Shown here: positions 1-10,708 of the stretch, piece after piece
Position numbering within the stretch: position 1 is the first letter of the stretch
How the letters are laid out: each line of letters begins with the position of its first letter
Assembly: GCF_006345805.1 (NCBI RefSeq)
Contig: NC_043016.1
Location: 19,716,001 to 19,780,000, forward strand
Origin: Octopus sinensis
Taxonomy: Eukaryota
Reading direction: 5' to 3'
Length of the DNA: 64,000 nucleotides
The notes under the pieces: generated by a model
What the model was told of the DNA's origin: nothing
The model's database searches: none
What the model saw: the letters and a program-made list of their open reading frames with translations, nothing else
Position numbers and translations under genes: made by a program

Positions 1-113
1 ATGTATGTATATATATATGTATATATATGTATATATATGTATGTATATATATATGTATATGTATATATATATGTATATATATATTATATGTATATATATA
101 TGTATGATTTGCG

Positions 114-146
<33 letters not shown>

Positions 147-385
147 GTATGATTTGCGTATATATATATATATATTATATATATATATATGTATGATGTG
201 TGTATATATATATGTATGTGTGTGTGTATATATATATATATGTATATGTGTGTGTATATGTGTGTGTGTGTGTGTATGTATGTGTGTGTGTGTGTATATA
301 TATATATGTGTGTGTATATGTGTGTGGTGTGTATATATATATATGTGTGTGTATATGTGTGTGTGTGTGTATATGTATGTATATA
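1..385. repeat. Compound (TA)n/(TG)n microsatellite
   Basis: Almost pure TA/TG/ATGT dinucleotide sequence; explains the Y/I/M/C/V ORFs at 1-430. Confidence 0.97.
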
Positions 386-437
386 ATAACAATAATAGAA
401 TATAACAACAAAAGAATGAAACAATATTAGAGAATAC

Positions 438-541
438 AGTTCTATATCTAAGAGATGTGGAATTATGTACATTATTTACATTCGACGGATATTTGTCCTC
501 ACCAAGATGAGGACAAAATATCCATCGAATGTAAATAATGT
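438..541. mobile_element. Fragment of an interspersed repeat with a fold-back end (possibly Penelope-related)
   Basis: 438-501 matches 50152-50205 (ttctatat.taagagatg..attatttacatt.gacggatatttgtcctca); 469-501 and 508-541 are near-perfect inverted copies. Confidence 0.6.
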
Positions 542-573
542 AATATTAGAGAAATAGAGGATTATTTATATAT

Positions 574-817
574 GTTATAAATTAAAACAAACAGTAAAAG
601 GTTCTCATTATAGTACTCAGAGTTTCAAATGTCGGAACAAAGAGCTACGATATATTCTCATTGGTTATTAATGGCAACAGATGCTTTTATTTAATGGCTT
701 TTCATAGCGTCTGTTGTCATTAATAGCCGACGAGAATGTATCGTAGCTCTTCGCTCCAGCATCTGAAACTCCGAGTACTATAATGACAATCTTTTACTGT
801 TTGTTCTAAATTATAAC
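574..817. repeat. Long inverted repeat or MITE-like foldback, 112-bp arms with a 20-bp spacer
   Basis: 574-685 aligns without gaps to the reverse complement of 706-817 with 16 mismatches (manual count). Confidence 0.9.
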
Positions 818-823
818 ACTCAT

Positions 824-854
<31 letters not shown>

Positions 855-866
855 CATACATATATA

Positions 867-1022
867 TACGAGAGGTTTCTTTCAGTTTCCGTCTACCAAA
901 TCCCCTCACAAGGCTTTGGTCGGCCTGAGGCTATAGTAGAAGACACTTGCCCAAGGTGCCACGCAGTGGAACTGATCCCAGAACCATGTGGTTGGGAAGC
1001 AAGCTTCTTACAACATAGCCAC
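867..1022 (-). mobile_element. SINE family A (tRNA-like head plus CORE-like body), 5' half
   Basis: Reverse complement gives A/B-box head TGGCTATGTTG..GGATCAGTTCC then ggcaccttgggcaagtgtcttc; same as many other copies. Confidence 0.85.
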
Positions 1023-1372
1023 ATCTGCGCTTAATATATACAGTAGTCATTCACTTACACATTTAGTATCCATTTTTTTTTTTGTTACCTTGGGAACGCT
1101 AATTTCAGTGGTGGTGCCCCAGCATGGCTGCGGCCTTCGGGCTAAAACATTTTTAAGGATTTTAAGGATTTGTCTGGATATCACGTAATAGTTGCAAATG
1201 AACATCATTATTCATTTTCAGTATTCTTACTTAAATTGAGTGAAGCACTATTATTGAGGTATTATTTTACAGCTGGATACCCTCCCTGTTGCTAACCCTT
1301 ACCTGTTTGCAAATACAAGATTTTCATTCTACTTGTCTTAAAAAGTGCAGAGCTACAGGGAAAAGTCAATAT

Positions 1373-1594
1373 ATATTTCTTTACTGCCCACAAGGGGCTA
1401 AACATAGAGGGGACAAACAAGGACAAAGGAATCACAATGACCCCAGTTGCAAAACTGGTACTTTATTTATCGACCCCGAAAGGATGAAAGTCAAAGTCGA
1501 CCTCGGCGGAATTTGAACTCAGAACATAACGACAGACGAAATACTGCTAAACATTTTGCCCAGCGCGCTAACGTTTCTGCCAACTCGCCACCTT
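1373..1594 (-). mobile_element. SINE family B (tRNA-like head plus gcctttcatcctttcggggtcgataa central domain)
   Basis: Matches 8631, 9746, 15941, 49320, 58908, 62300 and 63710; flanked by the direct repeat aagtcaatata. Confidence 0.9.
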
Positions 1595-1689
1595 TAATAA
1601 GTCAATATAGTCTCACTGTTTTTTCTCAAGCAATTTCCTGTGGAGATGTTGCGGACTGTAAGCATTCACACACCCACCCACACACAGAC

Positions 1690-1980
1690 AGGCTTTTTAC
1701 AGTTTCCATCTATTAATTCCTCACAAGGCTTTGGTTAGCTCAGGGCTATAGTAGAAGACACTTGGTACTGAACCTGAAATCACATAGTTGCAAAGCAAAC
1801 TTCTTAACTACACACACACACACACACACACACTTACTTTCTGTCTTCCAGATCCACACACAAGGCTTTGGTCAGTCTGGAGCAGTAGCAGAAGACACTT
1901 GCTCATGATGCCTCACAGTGGGATTGATCTCAAGACTATAAACCACACAGTCACACTCATTCCAAAAGGCCATTCCTGTA
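1690..1980 (-). mobile_element. Two decayed SINE A heads in tandem
   Basis: cacaaggctttgg..gggctatagtagaagacacttg motif occurs twice. Confidence 0.7.
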
Positions 1981-2339
1981 CCTAACAGCCTTTCCTACAT
2001 ACAAACATACATGCACCTATGTGCACGCACACACACACACCCTTATATGAAAAGATTTAACATTGATAAAGGCTAACACACACACACACCCTTATATAAA
2101 AAGACTTGACATTGATAAAGGCTAATACACACACACACACAAAGAGTTTTCAAAAAGTTTGCTTTACAAATTCGATGTGCCTTATGTATCAAAGTTATTA
2201 AAGCAAATCTTTTCCCAAAGCTCTATCTTTCAATGCTCTTACTCTCTCTTCATATGCCCCTCTCTCTTTCTCATATATACACACACACACACACACACAC
2301 ATGTACCTACACATTAAAGGATATATATTACACATGTTT

Positions 2340-2620
2340 GGAGGTGCATGGCTTAGTGGTTTGTGCATTCGGCTTAAGATTGTAAGGTCATGAGTGTGAT
2401 TGCACGGGGCATGCTGTGTCCTTGAGCAAGACACTTTATTTTGCATTGCTCCAGTCCACTCAGCTGGCAAAAATGAGTTGCATGTGTATTTCAAAGGGCC
2501 AGCATTGTCACATTCTTCGTGTCATACTGAATCTCTCTGAGGGTATGCATGTCTGTCTAGCAACCTGCATGTTAATTTCATGAGCAACTGGAACACTCGT
2601 CATCATAACTGATGGAATGT
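2340..2620 (+). mobile_element. SINE family D (tRNA-like head, tgtccttgagcaagacact body)
   Basis: Collinear with 30482-30780. Confidence 0.8.
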
Positions 2621-2677
2621 CCTAGTAAATGGACAGATGCATTTCTGTACATATGTATAAATGTAAATATGTATGCA

Positions 2678-3563
2678 CAGGGGCATTTGGGCTAAATTTG
2701 ACCATTTGCATAAAAGGAAAGGAAAACACAATATCCCATCCAAAAATGAAAGTACTTTTTAAAAAATCTAAAATAAATAAACTGGGAGTTAATAGTTTAT
2801 TCAAAATAGTCACCCTCAGCCTCTACCACTGTAACCTCAAGACAGCTCCAGAACCTGGCGCAGGCATTTTTCACAGTTTTCCTGGGAAGATCTTCAAACA
2901 CCCCCTTGATATTGGCTACCAGCTCAGGTAGAGCAGATGCTGCCTTTCTCAACCGTGTCCCACACATAGTAATCCATGGGATAACAACTGGCAGAATTAG
3001 GATGCCAAAAAATCTGGGCTGGTGAAGTCATAGAAAAATTCTTCAACAATCACTTCTGACTCTTTCCAGAGTTATGGCAAGGAGCCGAATCCTGCTAACG
3101 CACACATGTGGCTTTCCAGCAGCAACCCTCTCCTATCAGGGAGTGACAACAGTCTCTTGCAGCTTCACATAACTGTCTGAATTATGACTAAAGGCCTTGT
3201 TCAAAGATGTGGAGATGAACTCAGGTGTGCAGATGCAGTAAAAACACCTGTTATGCCCCCACTAACCCACCCACTGGCCACAGTTTCATAGTCTCTGTTG
3301 CAGCTGTGTGTCATGCCTTACAACTTTCACAGTGTTCACAGGGCATTGGGTAGCAGTCATGGTGTTGGCATTTTGATACTTGGTATGAATTATGATACAG
3401 GTTAGCTTTTTCTGATATTTAGATAGCTTCCAGTCTTCCATGCCCACTGACCTTTTCTCATCTACAACTTTAATCTTTATGGTGCCCAATGCCACTGACT
3501 CATTGAACACTGAGCTGTTCCTGATTAAAAAAATAAATGATCAAATTTAGCCTGAACACCCTG
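2678..3563 (-). mobile_element. Internally deleted Tc1/mariner (maT, DD37D-type) relic with TIRs
   Basis: Ends caggggcatttgggctaaatttg and caaatttagcctgaacaccctg|TA. Minus strand reads QDSAPCH..WHPNSASCYPMDYYVW; 37 residues separate the two D after correcting homopolymer indels; ends AEGDYFE*. Confidence 0.85.
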
Positions 3564-3639
3564 TATATACATATATTAATGTATGTGCATAGCATGGTAA
3601 TATGTGTGCATGTGTGTGGATAGAGGCACATTCCCCACA

Positions 3640-4000
3640 CCCAAATCCTCCAACTACTTTATAGACCTGGGTTACTGACCATCACGCTGGATGCTGGTCC
3701 TTGATCAGTTCAGCACTTTGGATCTATTTACTGATGCTTGTTCACATGCAGTAGACTGCTTCAGTTTCCAAATGCTATCATGATGCACTAATATCTTCTG
3801 TGCCAAACCTGTCTCTCTCCACTCCTTTCGAAGCTGTGATGATATTGTCATCAAACTGGCAGACAAGGGCAGTGTCATGGTCGTGTGGCAAGAAGACTTC
3901 TAATGAATCATTGCCATTCAACAGCTTCCAGATTTCCTCTTTGATTTCATGCTGTGATCCTTCTAAGCTTTGTACAAGCATGTTTTGCAATTAGCACACA
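3640..4000 (+). mobile_element. Penelope-like element RT fragment (pseudogenised)
   Basis: From 3838 reads DDIVIKLADKGSVMVVW, matching the IIIKPADKG motif of PLE RTs; followed by a stop and frameshifts. Confidence 0.7.
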
Positions 4001-4545
4001 ATAAAAATTAATAATTTCTAAAGTAATTTAATAATTAATAATTAAACTTTTTATACATTCAGTATAACTCTTTGTTGTAGAGGAAATAAATTTTACTCAA
4101 CATTAGGCTTAAATTTTACTCAACATTAGACTTCTACACATATTGACTACTTGAAAATGAAAGGAACATTACAAAGGAGCTCAGAAATTTTTCTACAGTA
4201 CTATGATATATCCAAAAAGTATTGTATAGTCAGATTTATTATAATTGCTGTATAAAATACTTTGAAAACGTTCAAATCATAAACGAAACATAAGCAAATT
4301 CAAAAGTGACCATTGAACTTTACTGGTGTAGGTTGTATAAGAGCATCTGCTGTAGAGTCAGTATTATGGAAATCAGATGATCATGTTTCTTTTTCATGGA
4401 AAAAAATAGTGCATAATTATCTATGTAAATATGGTATGGTTTTATTTTTGATTTTATTTAATTTTGTTTATTATAAAAGATAACTTATTATTTTAATTAA
4501 ATTTGGCAGATGCTGTTATAATATTGATATTCTTTTCTATTTCAG

Positions 4546-4583
4546 ATAACAAATTTAGAAAAGAAACAATCCCTCCTTTCAAG
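4546..4583 (+). CDS. Candidate small coding exon of the + strand gene (ITNLEKKQSLLS, phase 0 to 2)
   Basis: Acceptor ttcttttctatttcag, donor AAG|gtagtt; the phase-2 end fits the 16956 exon. A second frame (NKFRKETIPPFK) is also open. Confidence 0.45.
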
Positions 4584-4610
4584 GTAGTTTTTATATTATA
4601 TTTCATCATT

Positions 4611-4648
<38 letters not shown>

Positions 4649-5359
4649 CTTCTGATATTATTTTTCCAATTTGTTTACAATAGAGAACTTGTCTTCAACC
4701 CAGAAACAAAGAACCATAATTGGAATTTGGACATTAACTAGGTTTTCATGTATGTGTGTATACAGTTTGTATGTATACATGCTATTGCATAAATTTCTTT
4801 GTCTTGACTTATATACATGTGCATCTAGCATGTATGTGTGTATACATATACACTGTAGACTTCTGGAATGTTTTACATATTTTTACAATTTCATTAATGT
4901 GTTGCAGTTGTAATTTTTTGGTATGTTATGTTTGTTTGTGCTAGTACACATGTAAGTACATGTGTGTATGTGCATGTACTTAATGCTCTGTTGTTTTTAT
5001 TTATTTATTTTTCTCAATAGTAGAATCATATATTGCATGAGTGCTAGTCAGGATTGTTATCCAAAGACATGTAATGGTGGGATTTAAATACAGAAACTAT
5101 AAGACAGAGTAAGGTATCAAAGTAACTCTCTATCACCTTCTGTTCCATAATTTCTCGCAGTACTGAAATGATTGCAACAGGGGGTGGAAACTTCTGTTAC
5201 ATATGCTTACAAAGCAGTCATACTTTTTTTTTTATCAAATATATAAAAATATAGAAACAGTAAAATACAAATACATTCTTTCAAATATTAATTTAAAAAG
5301 ACTGTAGGATTTGTTAACAGTAAAAACAACTTAATGTTTAAAATAAAACTTTACCACTT

Positions 5360-5570
5360 AAAAGCCATGTAAAAGTACCAGTGCTGGTACCATGTTAAAA
5401 GCACCCAGAACACTGTAAAGTGGTTGGCAGCAAGAAGGGTATCCAGCTGTAGAAACCATGTTAACGGTGACAATTGGAGCCTGCTGCACCTCTGTGGCTG
5501 GCCAGCTCCTGTCAAACTGTCCAACCCATGCTAGCATGGAAAATGGACATTAAATGATAATGATGATGAT
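5360..5570 (+). mobile_element. SINE family E (RTE-like tail ending in (GAT)n)
   Basis: gttggca..gaagggtatccagctgtagaaacc..catgctagcatggaaaatggacattaaatgatgatgat; matches 36838, 37798, 51372 and 54770. Confidence 0.8.
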
Positions 5571-6078
5571 GTAAAAGCTGTATTGCTATTCTGTGAACAT
5601 TTTGTTGACCACCATAATTCACTGATATAATAAATTTCCAAGTTATATCTAGATCCTCCCACATTCCCAACAGTAAGTAGCAGCAATGTTTTCAACTTGG
5701 CATTCCGTCATTCCTGATAGCTTATGTCCTTCATGATGCAACATGCTGCTGTTTCATAGTTTTTATCCCATGTGCAGAATTCAGATATTTTGTGAGTCTA
5801 CTTTACTTTTTATCCTTCTAGAATTGATCAAATGAATCCAAATTGATTCTAAGGACACAAGCGTAGCTGTTCAGTTAAGAGTTTCATTGTGTGCAAGCAT
5901 GGCCATGCAGTTAAGAAGTTGCTTCCCAACTGCATGGTTCTGGTTTCTGTCTCACTGCTTTGCACCTTGGGCAAATGTCTTCCACTATAGCTCCTGGTGA
6001 ATAAAAGCACTGTGAGTGAATCTAGTTGAGGGAAACTGAAAGAAGCCCATTATGTTTGTGTATGTCTATGAATATATA

Positions 6079-6283
6079 TGAGGGTCACTGAAAAGTTTCT
6101 GGCTTTAAGGATATTGCAAAAGGCCTGGTTGGAGGCCCAGCCATATGAGTTCTTTTCCAGGACTTAGAAAAACTGAAGAACCGCTGCAATAAGTGTGAAT
6201 CTGAGGGGAGAATAAAATCATAATTAACTGATCCACCTGTATTTTCTTTTACCCAAAGCCAGGAACACTTCAGTATCACCTCA
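6079..6283 (+). mobile_element. Mariner-derived MITE
   Basis: TA|tgagggtcactgaaaagtttctggcttt ... aaagccaggaacacttcagtatcacctca|TA; second copy at 41525-41715. Confidence 0.8.
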
Positions 6284-7399
6284 TATATGTGTTTGTAATT
6301 GTATGTATGTATATGCGCATGAGTGTATGTTTGTGCCTTCTTGGCTTGACATCACATCATCATCATTCTAGTGGTATCCTTTGTTTTCAATCATCCATGA
6401 AAATATGTTATTCATGGCAAAATATTACCTTACATGGAAACAGGTGAGGGTTTGTAGCAGGAAGAGCATCTGGCTGTAGAAAATCCACTTTAAAAAAATT
6501 CTGTCTGACCCATGCGAACAAGAAAATAATGAACTTTAAAACAATAATGGCAACTGTGTTTCTGAGTCCCACTGTGGGGAACCTTTGTCAGATGTCTTCA
6601 ATCATAGCCTTGAGCCGACCAAAGCTGTGTGAATGGAATTTGGTAATGGAAATTATAAACAGAAGTTTGTCATGAGCATTGCTTCTGTTTTTGAGGTGGT
6701 AGACTTAATCTGTTGCCCCAGTTTAACACAATTACATGGCCTTTAGGTGTTGTGGGTGAAATCCACTCTGTTGCAAGAATTCAAACCAGGGTCAGTTTGA
6801 GGAAACATTTGCTTTCTGCTCAACAGTCTTGGAGGATCTGAAAAGTGTTGTGAATGTTGCTATAAAAAAAAAAACAAGTCGTTTGCTTCCTTACAAAATT
6901 TGGACTTCTACAAATTCAAAAGTTATTGATAATCTTCAATCTCTAATTCAAAGCTCTAATCCCTTTAACAGATAATTATTTTTAATTTTGGTTATTTAAA
7001 AATAATAACAACCATTCAGAATTTATAGTCAATGTGGTTGTTGATTAACTACAAGCGAATCTTTGATGAGCACGACAATTAAGAGAAGTATTGAAGTCTT
7101 AACCTTGGACATTCTGTATATTCATATATTCTCACGTTTTGTTCCCACATTTTTAAGACAGTAGAAGAGAGTAATATGAGAGAAATTTGGCTGCTCTTTG
7201 TAGGTCAAGCAACTATGTGTATATGCAAACACACATACACACACTGTAATTATGTTCTTAAAATTTCTCATCAATAATGTGAGTCAGCTTCAAACCGGAA
7301 GCCAGGTATTTTCTTTGTAATTCAGACAGCAACTATGTATACATGTATGCATGTATTTGTGCCTAAATGTATAGGTTCTGCATACATATGTATCTGCAC

Positions 7400-7402
7400 A
7401 TA

Positions 7403-7448
<46 letters not shown>

Positions 7449-8105
7449 ATATATGTGTGTGTGTGTTGTGTATGTGTATATATGTCTGTGTGTGTGTGTG
7501 TGTGTATGTGTATATATGTCTGGTGTGTGTGTGTGTGTATGTGTATATATGTCTGTGTGTGTGTGTGTGTGTATGTGTATATATGTCTGTGTGTGTGTGT
7601 GTGTATGTGTATATATGTCTGTGTGTGTGTGTGTGTATGTGTATATATGTCTGTGTGTGTGTGTATATGTATATATGTCTGTGTGTGTGTGTATGTGTAT
7701 ATGTCTGTGTGTGTGTGTATGTGTATATATGTCTATGTGTGTGCGTGTGTATGTGTATATATGTCTATGTGTGTGTGTGTGTATATGTCTGTGTGTATGT
7801 GTATATATGTCTATGTTAGTGTGTGTGTATGTGTATATATGTCTATGTTAGTGTGTGTGTATGTGTATATATGTCTATGTGTGTGTGTGTGTGTATGTGT
7901 ATATATATGTATATATATATGTGTGTGTGTGTGTATGTGTATATATATGTATATATATGTGTGTGTGTGTATATATGTATGTATGTATATATGTGTGTAT
8001 GTGTATATATGTATGTATATATATATATGTATGTATATAAATATGTATGCATATATATGTATGTATATATATATATATATATACATATATATGTATGTAT
8101 GTATG
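7400..8105. repeat. Compound TG/TA microsatellite with a roughly 28-32 bp higher-order unit
   Basis: (gt)n-atgtgtatatatgtct recurs more than 10 times. Confidence 0.95.
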
Positions 8106-8399
8106 TATCTTCAGTGTTTCATCTGATGATTGCCATGACATTTTATGAATCGTTTGGTGCACAAAAATAAATGCTACCAATGTGGCAGCTGTTCACGTTT
8201 CACAGCAGTATCCAGACATTCTCTATTTTCGCTGGTTTCTTTGCTCGATCCATGTGGCTCAGCGACATGATTGGCTGCTTTTACTGGTTGCTACTACTAC
8301 TACTACTGATCTATGCATTGAAGTCACCAATAAATAACTTGACATCATGATTAGAAATTTTACCGATTGGGGTGGTTTGGGTGGGGGTGGGGCAAAGTA

Positions 8400-9290
8400 G
8401 AAAGGCACGGTGGTCCTAGCCTTTGCTGATGATATTGCATTGCCGGTAGAAATGAGAGCAGGGAAGATCAAGTTCATAATTAGCTGTGGAAAGACCAAAG
8501 TACTGCAGATTAATGCCACAACCCAACTGTTCAACTTCATCAAAGCAGCGGCAATTTCTCGTACCATGGCAGAGTAAATCAGTAGTAATGGAAGCATAGC
8601 TAGTGATGTGAACAGTTGAATTGATGAATCTTATTTCTTTATTGCCCACAAGGGGCTAAACTTAGAGGGGACCTGATAAACGGATTAAGTCAATCATATT
8701 GACCCCAGTGCATAACGGGTACTTATTTAATCGACCCCGAAAGGATGAAAGGCAAAGTCGACCTCGGCGGAATTTGAACTCAGAACGTAATGGCAGACGA
8801 AATACCGCTAAGCATTTCGCCCGGCGTGCTAACGGTTCTGCCAGCTCGCCACCTTGAATCAATGAATCTAGGCAACAGCAGGCACCAGTACTGACAAGAA
8901 GATTCAGTTATATAGCGGATTAGTTCTCTCAGTAGTTTTGTCTGGCAATGAAGTATGGAAAATGTTGGTGGAAGTGGTAAAGAAGCTAGACACGTTCCAC
9001 TTATTATGACATCGACAGAAGATCCTCAAAGATGGAATTGCAAATGAGGAAATATTATTCTAAGGCAAATCCCAGCTACTGCAAAATGTGATAATGCAAA
9101 AATTACATTTTGTGCAAATTATCAGGCAAAGACTGCAATGATATGGTTACTTCAAGAACGAAAATGGAAAAATGTGTTAATCCAAGAACACCCTAGTGTG
9201 GACACTCGAATGGGGATCAATTAAATACGAGTGAGATGTGATGTGGCACATTGCCCATACAGGAGGAAGCTTATGGATCTCACAATACCT
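8400..9290 (+). mobile_element. Decayed RTE-clade LINE (RT C-terminal half), interrupted by SINE B
   Basis: FADDIAL and KTKVL before the SINE; VLSVVLSGNEVW..KLDTFH..KIL..IANEEIL after it. Confidence 0.7.
8631..8853 (-). mobile_element. SINE family B, full length
   Basis: Family match; imperfect 16-bp TSD ttgaattgatgaatct / ttgaatcaatgaatct. Confidence 0.92.
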
Positions 9291-9320
9291 AAGTTATATG
9301 CATTTGCACATGTAGGTATA

Positions 9321-9660
9321 CTCTTTACTCTTTTATTTGTTTCAGTCATTTGACTGCAGCCATGCTGGAGCACCGCCTTTAATCGAGCAGCTCGACCCTG
9401 GGACTTATTCTTTTGTAAGCCCAGTACTTATTCTATCGGTTTCTTTTGCCGAACCGCTAAGTAACGGGGACATAAACATACCAGCATCGGTTGTCAAGCA
9501 ATGCTAGGGGGACAAATACAGACACACAAACACACACACGCATATATATATACATATATACGACGGGCTTCTTTCAGTTTCCATCTACCAAATCCACTCA
9601 CAAGGCTTTGGTCGACCCGAGGCTATAGTAGAAGGTGCCACTTGCCCAAGGTGCCACGCA
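9321..9660 (-). mobile_element. SINE family A lacking the tRNA-like head
   Basis: Tail tactcttttatttgtttcagtcatttgactgc plus internal microsatellite; stops at gtgccacgca. Confidence 0.9.
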
Positions 9661-9745
9661 TCTGTGTATCTGCACATTTTTTATATTTGTATGTATATAT
9701 GTATGAGTGTTACTGTCTGAGCATGTATCTATGTGGTACCTGCAC

Positions 9746-9966
9746 TGGCAGAATCGTTAGCACGCCGGGTGAAATGCGTAGCCGTATTTCGTCTGTCGTT
9801 ACGTTGTGAGTTCAAATTCCGCCGTGGTGGACTTTGCCTTTCATCCTTTCGGGGTCGATAAATTAAGTACCAGTTACGCACTGGGGTCGATGTAATCGAC
9901 TTAATACCTATGTCTGTCCTTGTTTGTCCCCTCTGTGTTTAGCCCCTTGTGGGTAATAAAGAAATA
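9746..9966 (+). mobile_element. SINE family B
   Basis: Family match; 11-bp TSD ggtacctgcac at 9735 and 9967. Confidence 0.92.
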
Positions 9967-10587
9967 GGTACCTGCACACGTTTGTGTATGTGCACGTATG
10001 TATCTATTCCCTAATGTATGTATCTGCACATGTGTTTTGTATGCATGTTACTGTGTGCGTGAATATCTTGTAACATATGAATGGATACATATACATACAT
10101 TTGTGTGTGTGTGTGCGCGCATGTGTGTGTGTGTGCGCATGTGTGTGTATTTGAATTAAAAGTATTAAATGTTGTGAAAAACATCTGTCAGTCAAAAAGA
10201 AACATGTTTTGAAATATATGTAATAACTATGTTGAACGATGAGAAAAGTTGTAATGAAGCATGCCTGCCGAGAGCATTGAAAGTCAGAGGGCATAATTCA
10301 GGAGGGTACAAAATGAGACAGTGCTGAAGATATTGGATAAGGACTGCTGCCTCTTCCTCCTCCCTCTGTCCCCACCATCCTACTACTAAAGGTAAAAAGA
10401 ATATTCTAGCATTTTGTCATAAACAAGTGATGTATACCTGTCAATGTGTGTGTGTTTGTGTGTAATGCTCCTTCAGCCCATGCACATCATCTTATATCCA
10501 GTTCTGTGTCTCTTTCATAAATGCATGTGCACATTCACACACACACATATAATGTAAAGAACATAGAAGATATATATAACATTTATA

Positions 10588-10708
10588 GGTGTGGTTGTGT
10601 GGTATGAAGCTTACTTCACAACTACATGGATCAGTATCACTGCATGGCACCTTAGGCAAGTGTCTTCTACTCGTGAGTGGATTTGGTAGATGAAAACTGA
10701 AAGAAGCC
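10588..10708 (+). mobile_element. SINE A 5' half, split by the LINE insertion
   Basis: Head and body end at ctgaaagaagcc, directly abutting LINE sequence; the 3' half reappears at 13870. Confidence 0.75.

Noticed and set aside
1-430. Y/I/M/C/V/H/T-rich ORFs here and at 7335-8180, 17728-18153, 43364-43816, 45680-46210 and 57826-58572
   Set aside because: They are translations of TA/TG/CA microsatellites, which lack stop codons in some frames.
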